DNA of 64,000 bases from Candidatus Omnitrophota bacterium (GTDB lineage: Bacteria > Omnitrophota > Gorgyraeia > Gorgyraeales > Gorgyraeaceae): positions 127,745 to 191,744 of the forward strand of contig DNHS01000035.1 in assembly GCA_003485765.1 (NCBI GenBank). The letters run 5' to 3'. The notes below the pieces were generated by a model. It was not told the origin of the DNA. It searched no databases and saw only the letters and a program-made list of their open reading frames with translations. How positions within the stretch are numbered: position 1 is the first letter of the stretch; each line of letters begins with the position of its first letter. This document shows, piece after piece, positions 37,291-47,718 of this stretch. The position numbers were made by a program, and so were the translations under genes.

Positions 37291-38250
37291 ATGAAAGTTT
37301 TAATTACCGGCGGTGCAGGGTTTATCGGGTCGCACTTAAGCGATGAATTGATAGCAGGCGGGAATGAGGTAGTTATATTGGATGACCTTTCTACAGGAAG
37401 ATTTGAGAATATTACCCATTTAGACGGAAATAAGTCATTCCAATTTATAGAGGGCACTATACTTAATGAAACGCTTGTAGATAAATTAGTTGAAAGATGC
37501 GATGTGGTATATCATTTAGCCGCGGCAGTAGGAGTGGATCTTGTAGTAAAGAAGCCGCTAGAATCTTTAGTTACTAATATCAAAGGAAGCGAGATAGTTC
37601 TTGATATGGTGCACAGATATCATAAAAAGATTCTTATCACCTCTACGTCTGAGATATACGGCAAGAATACAAACGGCCCTTTAAAAGAAGATGATGACAG
37701 GATTTTAGGTTCGCCTCTTAAAGTGAGATGGGGTTATTCTACTGCAAAGGCAGTGGATGAAATGCTGGCTTATATTTACTGGAAAGAGAAAAAAGTTCCG
37801 ACTGTTATAGTGAGGCTTTTTAATACAGTTGGGCCGCGTCAGACAGGCGCTTATGGCATGGTAGTACCCAGATTCATAAATCAAGCTCTTAGAAATGAAG
37901 ATATAACTGTGTATGGGACAGGTAAGCAGTCCAGGTGTTTTTTGCATGTCAAAGATGTTATTAAGACGCTTATCAAGCTAATGAATAATAAAGACGCGGT
38001 TGGAAATGTGTTTAATATAGGGAGCCATGAAGAGATAACAATAGAAAATTTAGCGAAAAAAATAATAGAAATCTCTAAGAGTAAATCAAAAATTACTTAC
38101 ATATCTTACGAAAAAGCCTACGAAGAAGGTTTTGAAGACATGCAGCGCCGCGTGCCTGACACTACAAAGGTAAAAAATTTAGTCGGTTTCAATCCTACCA
38201 TGGATTTAGAAGGCATCATAAAAAGCGTAATAGAATATTATAAAAAATAA
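37291..38250 (+). CDS. NAD-dependent sugar-nucleotide epimerase/dehydratase (extended SDR)
   Basis: MKVLITGGAGFIGSHL, catalytic YSTAK. Confidence 0.75.
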   Translation: MKVLITGGAGFIGSHLSDELIAGGNEVVILDDLSTGRFENITHLDGNKSFQFIEGTILNETLVDKLVERCDVVYHLAAAVGVDLVVKKPLESLVTNIKGSEIVLDMVHRYHKKILITSTSEIYGKNTNGPLKEDDDRILGSPLKVRWGYSTAKAVDEMLAYIYWKEKKVPTVIVRLFNTVGPRQTGAYGMVVPRFINQALRNEDITVYGTGKQSRCFLHVKDVIKTLIKLMNNKDAVGNVFNIGSHEEITIENLAKKIIEISKSKSKITYISYEKAYEEGFEDMQRRVPDTTKVKNLVGFNPTMDLEGIIKSVIEYYKK

Positions 38251-38252
38251 TC

Positions 38253-40031
38253 ATGCTCAAGTCTTACCTGATACCATTCTTATTATCCTTCAGTCTTTCA
38301 ATACTAATAACGCCCATTGTTAAAAGAATAGCTATATTAAAAGGCTGTATCGCGAAGCCGCGGGAAGACAGATGGAACAAAAATCCCACAGCGCTTTTCG
38401 GCGGGATAGCTATTTTCCTGAGTTTTATTATCCCGTATGTCATCTTTGTAAAATTCAACATGGAAAATCTAGGGATTATCCTGGCTGGGTGTTTTATATT
38501 CGGCGTAGGGATTTTCGATGACATAGCCCGTATAAAGCCTTACACGAAACTTCTTACTCAGATAGTGGCAGCCGCGCTGCTTCTTAATTTTGGAATAAAG
38601 ATAAACGCGATTCCTTATCCTCTCATAAGCGCGCCTCTTACAATATTATGGATAGTCGCGATTATCAATTCCTTTAATCTGCTGGACAATATGGACGGGC
38701 TTTCCGGAGGCATAGCCGCTATAGTAGGCGCGGTCTTATTTTTATTCTCTATTTTAAACGGGAATTTTGAGGTGGGACTACCTGCCCTTATTCTTACAGG
38801 AAGCCTTTTAGGATTTTTAAGATATAATTTTAAACCCGCTCAGATTTTCATGGGAGACTCAGGAAGCATGTTTATAGGTTTAATGCTGGGGGCCATTACT
38901 TTACATGGGAGCTGGCAAGAATCAACGCATCTAGTGATGGTGCTTCTTATCCCTATACTTATCTTAGCGGTTCCTATATTTGACACAATGTTTGTAGCTT
39001 TAATGAGAAGCATAAATTCGCGTAAGGTTTTTCAAGGCGGCAAAGACCATCTATCCCACAGGATGGTGGTTTTGGGGCTTTCTGAGCGAAAGACTGTTTT
39101 GGCGCTCTATTCTATGAGCATAGTTTTCGGGGCTATAAGCATACTTTCTATGTTTGTGAGCCCGGCTGTAACAATTGTTCTTATACTTTTAGCCGTGATA
39201 AGCCTTATTTATTTCGGAGCTTTTTTAGGCAAGGTTAAGGTATATGAAGATAATGGTTTAAACGGAGCCAGGAAAAAGAATGGAGGAGTTGTATTAAACG
39301 GCGTTTTAATGCACAAAAGAAGAATACTGGAAGTCGGAGTGGATTTTATTCTTATATGCCTGGCGTATATCGCGGCAAATCTTTTAAGATATGAAGGCAT
39401 TTTATCCATTAATAGCCAGGATTTGATAGTTAAATCTTTGCCTTTAATATTGATCGTAAAATTTATTGTATTCTTCGGATTCGGGCTTTATAGAGGCATG
39501 TGGCGTTATGTGAGCGTTTTAGAGCTTGTAAATATTTTTAAAGCAGTATCTTTCGCGTCTATCGTTTCTAGCCTGGCAGTGCTTTTTATATGGCGTTTTC
39601 AGGGATTCTCAAGGACTGTTTTTATAATAGATTGGCTGTTGCTTTTTATTTTTGTTTCAGGATCCAGGGTGCTTGAGAGGGTATATAAAGAGATTTTTGA
39701 CCAGGCTAACCTTAACGGCAAAAAGGTCCTTATTTATGGCGCAGGCGATGCGGGAGAATTTATGCTTAGAGAAATCAGGAATAATAAAATCCTTCATTAT
39801 GATCCTGTGGGATTTTTGGATGATGACGAAGAAAAAATAGGCCGCCGCATACACGGTGTAGCTGTCCTTGGAACCAGAAAAGACATGGAAAAATTCCTGA
39901 AAACTAAAGAAGCGAATGAACTCATAATAGCTATTCCAGGTATAGATAAATATATTTTAGAAGAGGTAATATCCATCTGTAATAGCCTTGATATAAAGTA
40001 TAAAAAAATCTCAGATATATTGCCGAGGTAA
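38253..40031 (+). CDS. WecA/MraY-type polyprenyl-phosphate sugar-1-phosphate transferase fused to a CapD/PglF-like TM + Rossmann N-module
   Basis: N-half has INSFNLLDNMDGLSGG (MraY/WecA). C-half has TM helices plus KVLIYGAGDAGEFMLREI…GFLDDDEEKIG (CoA-binding-type Rossmann, as in the N-termini of CapD/WbaP). Confidence 0.55.
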   Translation: MLKSYLIPFLLSFSLSILITPIVKRIAILKGCIAKPREDRWNKNPTALFGGIAIFLSFIIPYVIFVKFNMENLGIILAGCFIFGVGIFDDIARIKPYTKLLTQIVAAALLLNFGIKINAIPYPLISAPLTILWIVAIINSFNLLDNMDGLSGGIAAIVGAVLFLFSILNGNFEVGLPALILTGSLLGFLRYNFKPAQIFMGDSGSMFIGLMLGAITLHGSWQESTHLVMVLLIPILILAVPIFDTMFVALMRSINSRKVFQGGKDHLSHRMVVLGLSERKTVLALYSMSIVFGAISILSMFVSPAVTIVLILLAVISLIYFGAFLGKVKVYEDNGLNGARKKNGGVVLNGVLMHKRRILEVGVDFILICLAYIAANLLRYEGILSINSQDLIVKSLPLILIVKFIVFFGFGLYRGMWRYVSVLELVNIFKAVSFASIVSSLAVLFIWRFQGFSRTVFIIDWLLLFIFVSGSRVLERVYKEIFDQANLNGKKVLIYGAGDAGEFMLREIRNNKILHYDPVGFLDDDEEKIGRRIHGVAVLGTRKDMEKFLKTKEANELIIAIPGIDKYILEEVISICNSLDIKYKKISDILPR

Positions 40032-40038
40032 TTTTAAT

Positions 40039-41037
40039 ATGCAGAAAAAAAATGTAATAGTTACTGGCGGAGCGGGTTTTATAGGAAGCCATCTTGTGGA
40101 TAAGCTTTTAGAAGAGGGCCATAAGGTAACAGTCCTGGATAATTTTTCTACAGGCAGGCTTCAAAATCTAGCTCATATAAAAGGCAATACAAACTTTATT
40201 CTTAAAGAAGCGGATGTGAGCGATTTAGGCGCCATAAAAGAGTATTTTAAAGGTATTGACTGGGTGTTTCATATGGCAGCTCTTGCGGATATTGTGCCGT
40301 CAATTACAAACCCATTGGAATATCACCAGTCTAATGTAGATGGCACATTTAGCGCGCTTGAGGCATCCAGAATGTCAGGCGTTAAAAGATTTGTCTATAC
40401 AGCGTCTTCATCTTGTTATGGGTTGCCGGAAGTTATTCCTACGCCTGAAGATAGCCCTATAAAGTCGGAGTATCCTTACGCCCTTACAAAATATGTAGGC
40501 GAGTGTTATGCGATGAACTGGGCAAAGATTTATAAACTGCCTGTTATATCGCTGAGGCTTTTCAATGTTTACGGCCCGCGTTCCAGGACATCAGGCACTT
40601 ACGGCGCTGTGTTTGGAGTTTTTTTGGCGCAGAAGCTTGCAGGAAAACCGTTTACTGTAGTAGGGAATGGAAACCAGACAAGGGATTTTACATATGTAAG
40701 CGATGTGGTCAGGGCGTTTATAGCAGCAGCTGAATCTGATATAATAGGAGAGATTTTTAATGTAGGAAGCGGCAATACTTATAGCGTCAATAGATTGGTG
40801 GAGCTCTTGGGAGGCGAAAAAGTATATATACCTAAAAGACCGGGGGAGCCGGACTCTACTTTTGCGGATATTTCAAAGATAAAAAAAATATTGGGCTGGA
40901 AACCGGAAGTAAGTTTCGAAAAAGGGGTAAAGATTTTACTGGAGAATATTGATTACTGGGCCGAAGCTCCTGTGTGGACGCCTGAGAAAATCAAAGACGC
41001 TACGAAAGAATGGTTTAAATATTTAGGAGCAAAATAA
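40039..41037 (+). CDS. NAD-dependent sugar-nucleotide epimerase/dehydratase (GalE-like)
   Basis: VIVTGGAGFIGSHLVDKL, YALTKY, GNGNQTRDFTYVSDVV. Confidence 0.75.
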   Translation: MQKKNVIVTGGAGFIGSHLVDKLLEEGHKVTVLDNFSTGRLQNLAHIKGNTNFILKEADVSDLGAIKEYFKGIDWVFHMAALADIVPSITNPLEYHQSNVDGTFSALEASRMSGVKRFVYTASSSCYGLPEVIPTPEDSPIKSEYPYALTKYVGECYAMNWAKIYKLPVISLRLFNVYGPRSRTSGTYGAVFGVFLAQKLAGKPFTVVGNGNQTRDFTYVSDVVRAFIAAAESDIIGEIFNVGSGNTYSVNRLVELLGGEKVYIPKRPGEPDSTFADISKIKKILGWKPEVSFEKGVKILLENIDYWAEAPVWTPEKIKDATKEWFKYLGAK

Positions 41038-42555
41038 ATGAATAAAATAAAAACATTAGATGAATTAGCCGGTATAATACAGCAGTTTAAAAAGAAAGGT
41101 AAAAAGATAGTCCAGTGCCATGGCGTTTTTGACCTTTTACATCCTGGCCATATACGGCACTTTGAATCTGCCAGAAAACAGGGCGATGCGCTTATAGTTA
41201 CTTTGACAAAGGATAAATATGTCAATAAAGGACCTGGCAGGCCTGTTTTTAACCAGCGCCTCAGGGCTGAATCAATCGCGGCTCTTCAGTGTGTGGATTA
41301 TGTAGCAATCAACGAATGGCCTACAGCCACTGAGACTATAAAAAAATTAAAGCCTGATGTGTATGCAAAGGGCAGTGACTACAGCGACTCTAAAAAAGAC
41401 CTGACAGGTGAGATCCGCAATGAAGAAAGCGCAGTGCGCTCGGTTGGCGGCAGAATTTATTTTACAGACGATATAACTTTCAGTTCTACTAAATTATTAA
41501 ATACTCATTTTAGCGTATATCCTGAAGAGACAGGTGAATATCTAAGGGATTTCAGAGAGAAGTATACTGCGGATCAGATTATAAAATACCTGAAAGACCT
41601 GGCCGGCATGAAGGTGCTTGTTATAGGAGACGCAATTATAGATGAGTATCACTATTGCAGGGCTATGGGCAAAGCCTCAAAGGAAAATATCATCCCTACA
41701 AGATTCCTGCGCGATGAAACATTTGCAGGAGGAGCGCTTGCGGCCGCGAATCATATAGCCGGTTTCTGCAGGAATGTCCAGCTCGTAACGTGCCTGGGTA
41801 GCCAGAATAGTTACGAGAGTTTTATAAAAAGCAAGCTTAAGCCTAATATAAAAACAAAATTTTTCTTACGCGAAGGCGTGCCTACTACTGTGAAGCGCAG
41901 ATTTATAGAAGACGCGTTTTTATCAAAGTTATTTGAGGTATGTTTTTTAGATGACAGGCCTTTGCCGGAAAAATTGGAGTCAAAGCTTCATGTGTATTTA
42001 AAAGGTATAATCAAGAATTTTGACCTAGTACTAGTGGGGGATTTTGGACATGGGTTTATTGAGAAAAATACAGTTGAGTTTCTGGCTCGAAAGGCTAATT
42101 TCTTGGCTGTTAACGCTCAGACTAACAGCGCGAACGCGGGCTTTAATCTGATAACTAAATATCCCCGCGCGGATTATATATGCATTGATGAGCCTGAGAT
42201 CAGGCTTGCGGCTCATAATAAATTTGATAATATAGAAAACCTGATTACTGGAATCGCAAAGCAAGTAAAGTATAAAAAAATAATAGTTACGCTTGGGCAT
42301 AAGGGCTCCATAGGCTACAGTCCAAAAGAAGGTTTTTCAAGGGCTCCTGTTTTCTCAAAGGAGATTGTGGACAGGATGGGCGCTGGGGACGCTTTTATTT
42401 CTGTTACAGCCCCGTGCGCAGCAGCCGGCTATCCGATGGATGTAATAGGATTCATAGGAAATGCAGTGGGCGCGATGAAGGTTCTGATAGTAGGGAACCG
42501 CTCGTCAGTAGAACCCGTGCCGCTGTATAAATTTATAAGTACATTATTAAAATAA
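41038..42555 (+). CDS. hldE: bifunctional heptose 7-phosphate kinase / heptose 1-phosphate adenylyltransferase with swapped domain order
   Basis: N-terminal domain GVFDLLHPGHIRHFESARKQGDALIVTL…RPV… matches RfaE domain II (adenylyltransferase). C-terminal domain is pfkB kinase (…GAGDAFISV). Confidence 0.75.
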   Translation: MNKIKTLDELAGIIQQFKKKGKKIVQCHGVFDLLHPGHIRHFESARKQGDALIVTLTKDKYVNKGPGRPVFNQRLRAESIAALQCVDYVAINEWPTATETIKKLKPDVYAKGSDYSDSKKDLTGEIRNEESAVRSVGGRIYFTDDITFSSTKLLNTHFSVYPEETGEYLRDFREKYTADQIIKYLKDLAGMKVLVIGDAIIDEYHYCRAMGKASKENIIPTRFLRDETFAGGALAAANHIAGFCRNVQLVTCLGSQNSYESFIKSKLKPNIKTKFFLREGVPTTVKRRFIEDAFLSKLFEVCFLDDRPLPEKLESKLHVYLKGIIKNFDLVLVGDFGHGFIEKNTVEFLARKANFLAVNAQTNSANAGFNLITKYPRADYICIDEPEIRLAAHNKFDNIENLITGIAKQVKYKKIIVTLGHKGSIGYSPKEGFSRAPVFSKEIVDRMGAGDAFISVTAPCAAAGYPMDVIGFIGNAVGAMKVLIVGNRSSVEPVPLYKFISTLLK

Positions 42556-42628
42556 TATTTAGGCCTTAAACAACTTTACATTTCAACAATGTTGATTTGT
42601 AAAGTTGTTTGGAAACATAGGAGTTTAC

Positions 42629-43195
42629 ATGTTTACTTATTTTGAAAAGCTGAACCGTCTTTTTATGGAAATGGAAGCCAGCGATAAAAACAGAAAGAGA
42701 GTCGATATTTCCTCAGCTCTTAAAAGTAGCGTGGAGCTGATAAAGAAAACTGCTGGTAAAGGTAATAAGATTATGTTTATTGGAAACGGCGGAAGCGCCA
42801 GTATATCAAGCCACATGGCAATAGATTTCTGGAAAAATAGCGGGATAAAGGCAGTGAGTTTTAATGACAGCGCTCAGTTGACTTGTCTAGGTAATGACTT
42901 TGGGTATGAGCATGTGTTTGAAAAACCAATAGAGTTTTTCGCTGAAACAGGAGATGTGCTTATAGCAATATCCAGTTCCGGCAAATCAAAAAATATATTA
43001 AAAGGGGTCAAGGCAGCAAGGCTCAAAAAATGCAAGGTCATAACAATGTCCGGATTTTCCAAAAACAATCCTTTAAGAAAAATGGGGTATTTGAATTTTT
43101 ATGTCCCGTCTGATTCTTATGGTTTTGTAGAGATTGCTCACGGCGCAATCTGCCACCTGTTCGCGGATTACACCTATAAAAAACCCAATGGATAA
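42629..43195 (+). CDS. gmhA: phosphoheptose isomerase (SIS domain)
   Basis: IMFIGNGGSASISSHMAIDF…SSSGKS. ATG 42629 after AGGAG. Confidence 0.8.
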   Translation: MFTYFEKLNRLFMEMEASDKNRKRVDISSALKSSVELIKKTAGKGNKIMFIGNGGSASISSHMAIDFWKNSGIKAVSFNDSAQLTCLGNDFGYEHVFEKPIEFFAETGDVLIAISSSGKSKNILKGVKAARLKKCKVITMSGFSKNNPLRKMGYLNFYVPSDSYGFVEIAHGAICHLFADYTYKKPNG

Positions 43196-44255
43196 ATATC
43201 GCATAGACAGTCATAAACTGATGTTTCATACCAGCCGCGTTAATGACTGGCTTAACGGAAAGCCCATCTATCCTATCTATATAGAAGTCTCTCCTAGTGG
43301 CTCGTGCAATCATCGCTGCACATACTGCGGTTTGGATTTCATGAAATACAGGCCGAAATTTCTTGAAACAGGAGTATTTAAAAAACGCCTTGTTGAAATG
43401 GGGAAATGTGGAGTAAAGAGTATCATGTATGCCGGAGAAGGCGAGCCTTTTCTGCATAAAGACATGGCGGAGATAACCAAGGCTACTAAGAAAGCAGGGA
43501 TAGACGTAGCTTTTACTACAAATGGCGCGTTATTTAATAAAGGATTAGCAGAAAATATTTTGCCTTACGCTTCATGGATCAAGGTGAGCATTAATGCTGG
43601 AAAGCCGGCTACTTATAAGAAAATACATCGCTCGCCCAGCGGTGATTTTGAACGCGTTTTTGAGAACATGTCTTATGCTGCTGAATTGCGCGATAAAAAG
43701 GGATATAATTGCACTCTCGGGATGCAGCTTGTTCTTCTGCCGCAAAACAGCGGAGAAGTTGAGCTTTTGGCAGAAAAGGCAAAAGAAATAGGCATGGATT
43801 ATCTTGTGGTAAAGCCTTATTCACAGCATCCGCAGAGCAAAACCAGGATTTTTAAAGATATAAAATACAGCAAGTACTACGATATGGCGGACAGTTTAAG
43901 CAGGTATAATGACAAGAATTTTCACATTGTGTTCAGGATTCATGCTATGCAGAAATGGGATGGCGCAGATAAAAGCTATAAACATTGTCTTGCTTTGCCT
44001 TTCTGGTCTTATATAGATTCGGATGGAAATGTGTGGGCATGCAGTATTTATTTAACCGATAAAAAGTTTATGATAGGCAATATTTATAAAGACAGTTTCG
44101 GTCAAATATATAAAAGCGATAAGTATAAAAAACTTATCAATAGAGCTGGTAAGGCGTTAGACACATCCAAGTGCCGTGTTAATTGCCGCATGGATGAGAT
44201 TAACAGATACTTATGGGAGCTTAAAAATCCTTCGGAACATGTGAATTTTATATAA
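43188..44255 (+). CDS. radical SAM protein of unknown specificity
   Basis: SPSGSCNHRCTYCG gives CxxxCxxC. ATG 43188 overlaps the gmhA stop. Confidence 0.6.
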   Translation: MDKYRIDSHKLMFHTSRVNDWLNGKPIYPIYIEVSPSGSCNHRCTYCGLDFMKYRPKFLETGVFKKRLVEMGKCGVKSIMYAGEGEPFLHKDMAEITKATKKAGIDVAFTTNGALFNKGLAENILPYASWIKVSINAGKPATYKKIHRSPSGDFERVFENMSYAAELRDKKGYNCTLGMQLVLLPQNSGEVELLAEKAKEIGMDYLVVKPYSQHPQSKTRIFKDIKYSKYYDMADSLSRYNDKNFHIVFRIHAMQKWDGADKSYKHCLALPFWSYIDSDGNVWACSIYLTDKKFMIGNIYKDSFGQIYKSDKYKKLINRAGKALDTSKCRVNCRMDEINRYLWELKNPSEHVNFI

Positions 44256-44267
44256 TAATAAATTTAT

Positions 44268-45101
44268 ATGGATAAAGAAAATTTTTTAAAGAAAAAGGCT
44301 GATGCAATAAGGGACGATGTTATAAGAGTTTCTATAAAGAATAAGGCAGGCCATATCGCGCCTTCTTTGTCCTGCGTGGATATACTTACCGCCCTTTATT
44401 ACGATGTAATGGCGTATAGGCCCAAAGACCCTTTATGGGAGGCAAGAGACAGGCTGATTTTTTCCAAAGGCCATGGTTGTTATGCGCTTTATGCGATTCT
44501 TGCGGATAAAGGGGTTATACCTAAAAAAGAATGGAAAGGGTTTTATACGCCTTCGAGCTCTCTTTCAGGGTGTATAGAGCGAAGGCCTAAATACGGGTTT
44601 GAAGCGAGCTGTGGTTCTCTTGGCCATGGTTTGCCGATTGCAGTTGGCGTTGCATTTGGAGCAAAGCTATGGAATAAAAATTACCATACTTTTTGCATTG
44701 CAGGAGACGGAGAATTGCAGGAGGGGACTACATGGGAAGCTTTGCAGTTTGCTGTCAAACATGAAATACGAAACCTCACTGTCATCATTGATTCAAACCG
44801 CCTTCAGGCAATGGATTTTGTTACAGATGTTCTTGATAAAGAAGCGCATGATAATATTAAAAGGATTAAAGGGTTTGGCCTGTCGCCTGTAGTGTGCCCT
44901 GGCCATGATGTTTGGAAACTGGCAGGTTTTCTCAGGCAAGCCAGGGCATTATCAGGGAATAAGCCTAATGTAATTATTGCGAAGACAGTAAAAGGTTTTG
45001 GCTTAAAATGTATGGAAAATGTTCCGAAATTTCATTTTCGTATTCCTAACGACGAAGAATTATCCATGGGTAAGAGTTATGAATCGTGCGCAGAATTTTA
45101 G
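44268..45101 (+). CDS. transketolase N-terminal (TPP-binding) subunit
   Basis: GHIAPSLSCVDILTALYY…GHGCYALYA…GSLGHGLPIAVG. Confidence 0.75.
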   Translation: MDKENFLKKKADAIRDDVIRVSIKNKAGHIAPSLSCVDILTALYYDVMAYRPKDPLWEARDRLIFSKGHGCYALYAILADKGVIPKKEWKGFYTPSSSLSGCIERRPKYGFEASCGSLGHGLPIAVGVAFGAKLWNKNYHTFCIAGDGELQEGTTWEALQFAVKHEIRNLTVIIDSNRLQAMDFVTDVLDKEAHDNIKRIKGFGLSPVVCPGHDVWKLAGFLRQARALSGNKPNVIIAKTVKGFGLKCMENVPKFHFRIPNDEELSMGKSYESCAEF

Positions 45102-45570
45102 AAAAGACATTGTAAATTATATCGCGCCGTATTTTCGCAAGGATAAAAGATATATCCTCTTGGTATGCGATATGGGGTTTGGCGTTGTCGACCAATTAAA
45201 GAAAGAATTTCCGAAAAGGGTTATTAATTGCGGTATTATGGAGCAGGGCGTTGTAGGCATTGCCGCGGGAATGAGTCTGAGCGGGTCTATTCCTATAGTA
45301 TATTCAATAGTAAATTTTCTGGTTTATAGGGCGTTTGAACAGGTAAGAAACGATGTAATACTGCAGGGCTTGAATGTTAAGTTTATAGCGACAGGCGTAA
45401 ATAATTATTTTAAATTTCTCGGGCCTTCGCATTGCTGCGGGTCAGATGATATCAAATTAATGAAATTTATCAATATGAAAGTGTATGACCCCTATACCTC
45501 AAAGAAGCCGTTTAATAAGATTGTTGATGAATGGATATCCAGCGATAAAGCAGGTTATATTCGTGTTTAA
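45079..45570 (+). CDS. transketolase pyrimidine-binding-domain subunit (short)
   Basis: …GIMEQGVVGIAAGMSLSG… Only about 160 aa and lacks the usual C-terminal domain. Confidence 0.5.
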   Translation: MNRAQNFRKDIVNYIAPYFRKDKRYILLVCDMGFGVVDQLKKEFPKRVINCGIMEQGVVGIAAGMSLSGSIPIVYSIVNFLVYRAFEQVRNDVILQGLNVKFIATGVNNYFKFLGPSHCCGSDDIKLMKFINMKVYDPYTSKKPFNKIVDEWISSDKAGYIRV

Positions 45571-45587
45571 AAAAAGGCATTCAAGGC

Positions 45588-46292
45588 ATGGCTAACCAAT
45601 TTTCCATATCAGTAATTGTTCCGGCTTACAATGAAGAGCAGAATATAGCAGGAGCTGTTTCAGCGATTAAAGCGGCAGCAGCCAATAGGTTCAGCGAATA
45701 CGAAATACTTATTATTGACGACGCCAGTTCGGATAATACAGGTTCCATAGCTGATAAAATTTCCAGGGAAAACCCTAATGTAAAAGTTTTTCACAATTCT
45801 AAAAACATGGGGTTTGGTTACAATTATAAGATGGGCGTAGGCTTGGCAACCAAGGACTATATAGGGCTTATCCCTGGCGACAATGAAATACTTGAAGATT
45901 CTATAAAGGATATATTCAGCTGCGCGGGCAAAGCGGATATGGTGTTGCCGTATCATACGAATTCTGAAGAAAGGTCCTTATTGAGGCGCAGTCTGTCAGG
46001 AGGTTTTACAGCGCTTTTAAATTTATTATTTGGCTATAAACTTAAGTATTACAATGGCCCTGTGGTGCATAAAAGGGAGATAGTAACTAAAGTTCGGATG
46101 ACTACAGATGGGTTTGCGTATCAGGCGGAGATTATAACCCGGCTGTTGAAAGCCGGGCATTCATATATTGAAGTTGGCATGAAAATCCGCATCCGCCAGC
46201 ATGGCCACTCAAAGGCGCTGTATCCGAAAAATGTCTGGAGCGTTTTAAAAACCATAGCAAAGCTATGCTGGGAATTAAATCTTAAAAGATGA
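45588..46292 (+). CDS. family 2 glycosyltransferase
   Basis: ISVIVPAYNEEQNI…IIDDASSDNT. Confidence 0.75.
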   Translation: MANQFSISVIVPAYNEEQNIAGAVSAIKAAAANRFSEYEILIIDDASSDNTGSIADKISRENPNVKVFHNSKNMGFGYNYKMGVGLATKDYIGLIPGDNEILEDSIKDIFSCAGKADMVLPYHTNSEERSLLRRSLSGGFTALLNLLFGYKLKYYNGPVVHKREIVTKVRMTTDGFAYQAEIITRLLKAGHSYIEVGMKIRIRQHGHSKALYPKNVWSVLKTIAKLCWELNLKR

Positions 46293-47404
46293 GAATAGGG
46301 ATAGACATACGTTCAACCCTTAAAAAACAAACCGGCATCGGCAGATATACCCTTAATCTTATAAATTCCCTCGCAAAAATAGATTCCAAAAATGAGTATT
46401 TTCTTTATAGCAGGAAAAAGCTGTTAGATTTTAAAAAACGCCTGCCTAGACTGCCTGCCGGAAATTTTCGCCACTGCGTAGATTATTTTAAAAAGGGTCC
46501 TGACAGAGTTTTACCGGAGTTAGATATATTCCATACATCTTCTTATGATCTAGAGAGGCCAAAAAAAGCAGAAAGATTTATTGTTACTATCCACGATGTG
46601 ATTATTAAAGCCTATCCCTATGGCCATAGCGAGAAGACAATAAAAGAAGTAGATGGCGAGCTGAAGAGGGTTTTAGGAGAAGCTGATTTATTAATAGCTG
46701 ATTCGAATAATACGAAGGCTGACATGGGAAAGTTCTACCAGGTTTCTGAATCCAAAATTAAAGTTATTTATCCAGGCGTAAATATTAGTGATTCTTCTCG
46801 ACTCGGCCTTCGGCCTCGCTCGAAGAATATTGCCAATATTGTTCGAGCGAGCAGCGAAGCTGCGAGTCGAGAACAATATATTCTTTTTGTAGGCACCATT
46901 GAGCCCCGCAAAAATATACAGGGTCTGATAAAGGCATTTAATCTATTAAAAAAAGAACATGGCATAGCGCATAAATTAATCATCGCAGGCATGAAAGGCT
47001 GGATGTACGAAGATATTTTTAAAGAATACGAAAATTCTGCGTTTAAAAACGATATAATATTTAAAGGCTATATCAGCGATCAGGAGCTTGCTCGATTATA
47101 TAAAAACGCCTCAGTTTTTGTGTACCCATCATTCTATGAAGGATTTGGGTTTCCCATCCTGGAAGCTTTTGGCTATGGTGTGCCAGTGGTGACATCTAAA
47201 ACATCATCCTGCGGAGAGATAGCAGGGGATAGCGCTTTGTTGGTTAATCCGGAGCGTTATCAGGAAATAGTGGAAGCAATATTAAAAATTATTAGTGATA
47301 GTTCGCTTAGGCAGGGGTTAATCATCAAAGGTTTTGAGAGAGCCGAATTGTTTACATGGCAAAATACATCAATAGAGTTTCTTAATTGTTTGACAAATAC
47401 CTAA
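46289..47404 (+). CDS. family 4 glycosyltransferase (carries an in-frame palindromic insertion)
   Basis: GT4 C-terminal EGFGFPILEAFGYGVPVVTS. Confidence 0.75.
   Translation: MRIGIDIRSTLKKQTGIGRYTLNLINSLAKIDSKNEYFLYSRKKLLDFKKRLPRLPAGNFRHCVDYFKKGPDRVLPELDIFHTSSYDLERPKKAERFIVTIHDVIIKAYPYGHSEKTIKEVDGELKRVLGEADLLIADSNNTKADMGKFYQVSESKIKVIYPGVNISDSSRLGLRPRSKNIANIVRASSEAASREQYILFVGTIEPRKNIQGLIKAFNLLKKEHGIAHKLIIAGMKGWMYEDIFKEYENSAFKNDIIFKGYISDQELARLYKNASVFVYPSFYEGFGFPILEAFGYGVPVVTSKTSSCGEIAGDSALLVNPERYQEIVEAILKIISDSSLRQGLIIKGFERAELFTWQNTSIEFLNCLTNT
46796..46873. repeat. about 78-bp nested palindromic (cloverleaf-like) GC-rich element inside the GT4 coding sequence
   Basis: Outer stem TCTCGACTCG/CGAGTCGAGA enclosing hairpins GGCCttcGGCC, CGCTCGAAGAATATTG/CAATATTGTTCGAGCG and GCAGCgaaGCTGC. 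Reading frame maintained. Confidence 0.55.
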
Positions 47405-47454
47405 TTTTATGGCATACTTAAGTATGAATAAAGTATTACTAAAAGGAGGGTTGT

Positions 47455-47718
47455 ATGCCTAATAACACAGTGAAGATTGCTATAAGCTTGCCTAAACAAG
47501 AATACCAATTTTTAGAAAAATTTAGGAGAAAGCTTGGTATTTCTCGCAGCGCAATGATTGACAAGGCAATAAGTTTCTGGTTGAAACGACAGCAGGATGA
47601 AGAGCTTATTAAAGAATATGAGGATTCTTACAAAAAAAAGCCTGAGAATGTTTCTGAAATAATTGCGTTAGAAAAGGCCGGTCTTGAGGCCTTATCGGAA
47701 GAAGGGGGTTGGAGATGA
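47455..47718 (+). CDS. ribbon-helix-helix antitoxin
   Basis: VKIAISLPKQEYQFLEKFRRKLGISRSAMIDKAISFWL is strand plus helices. RBS AAAGGAGGG. Confidence 0.6.
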   Translation: MPNNTVKIAISLPKQEYQFLEKFRRKLGISRSAMIDKAISFWLKRQQDEELIKEYEDSYKKKPENVSEIIALEKAGLEALSEEGGWR

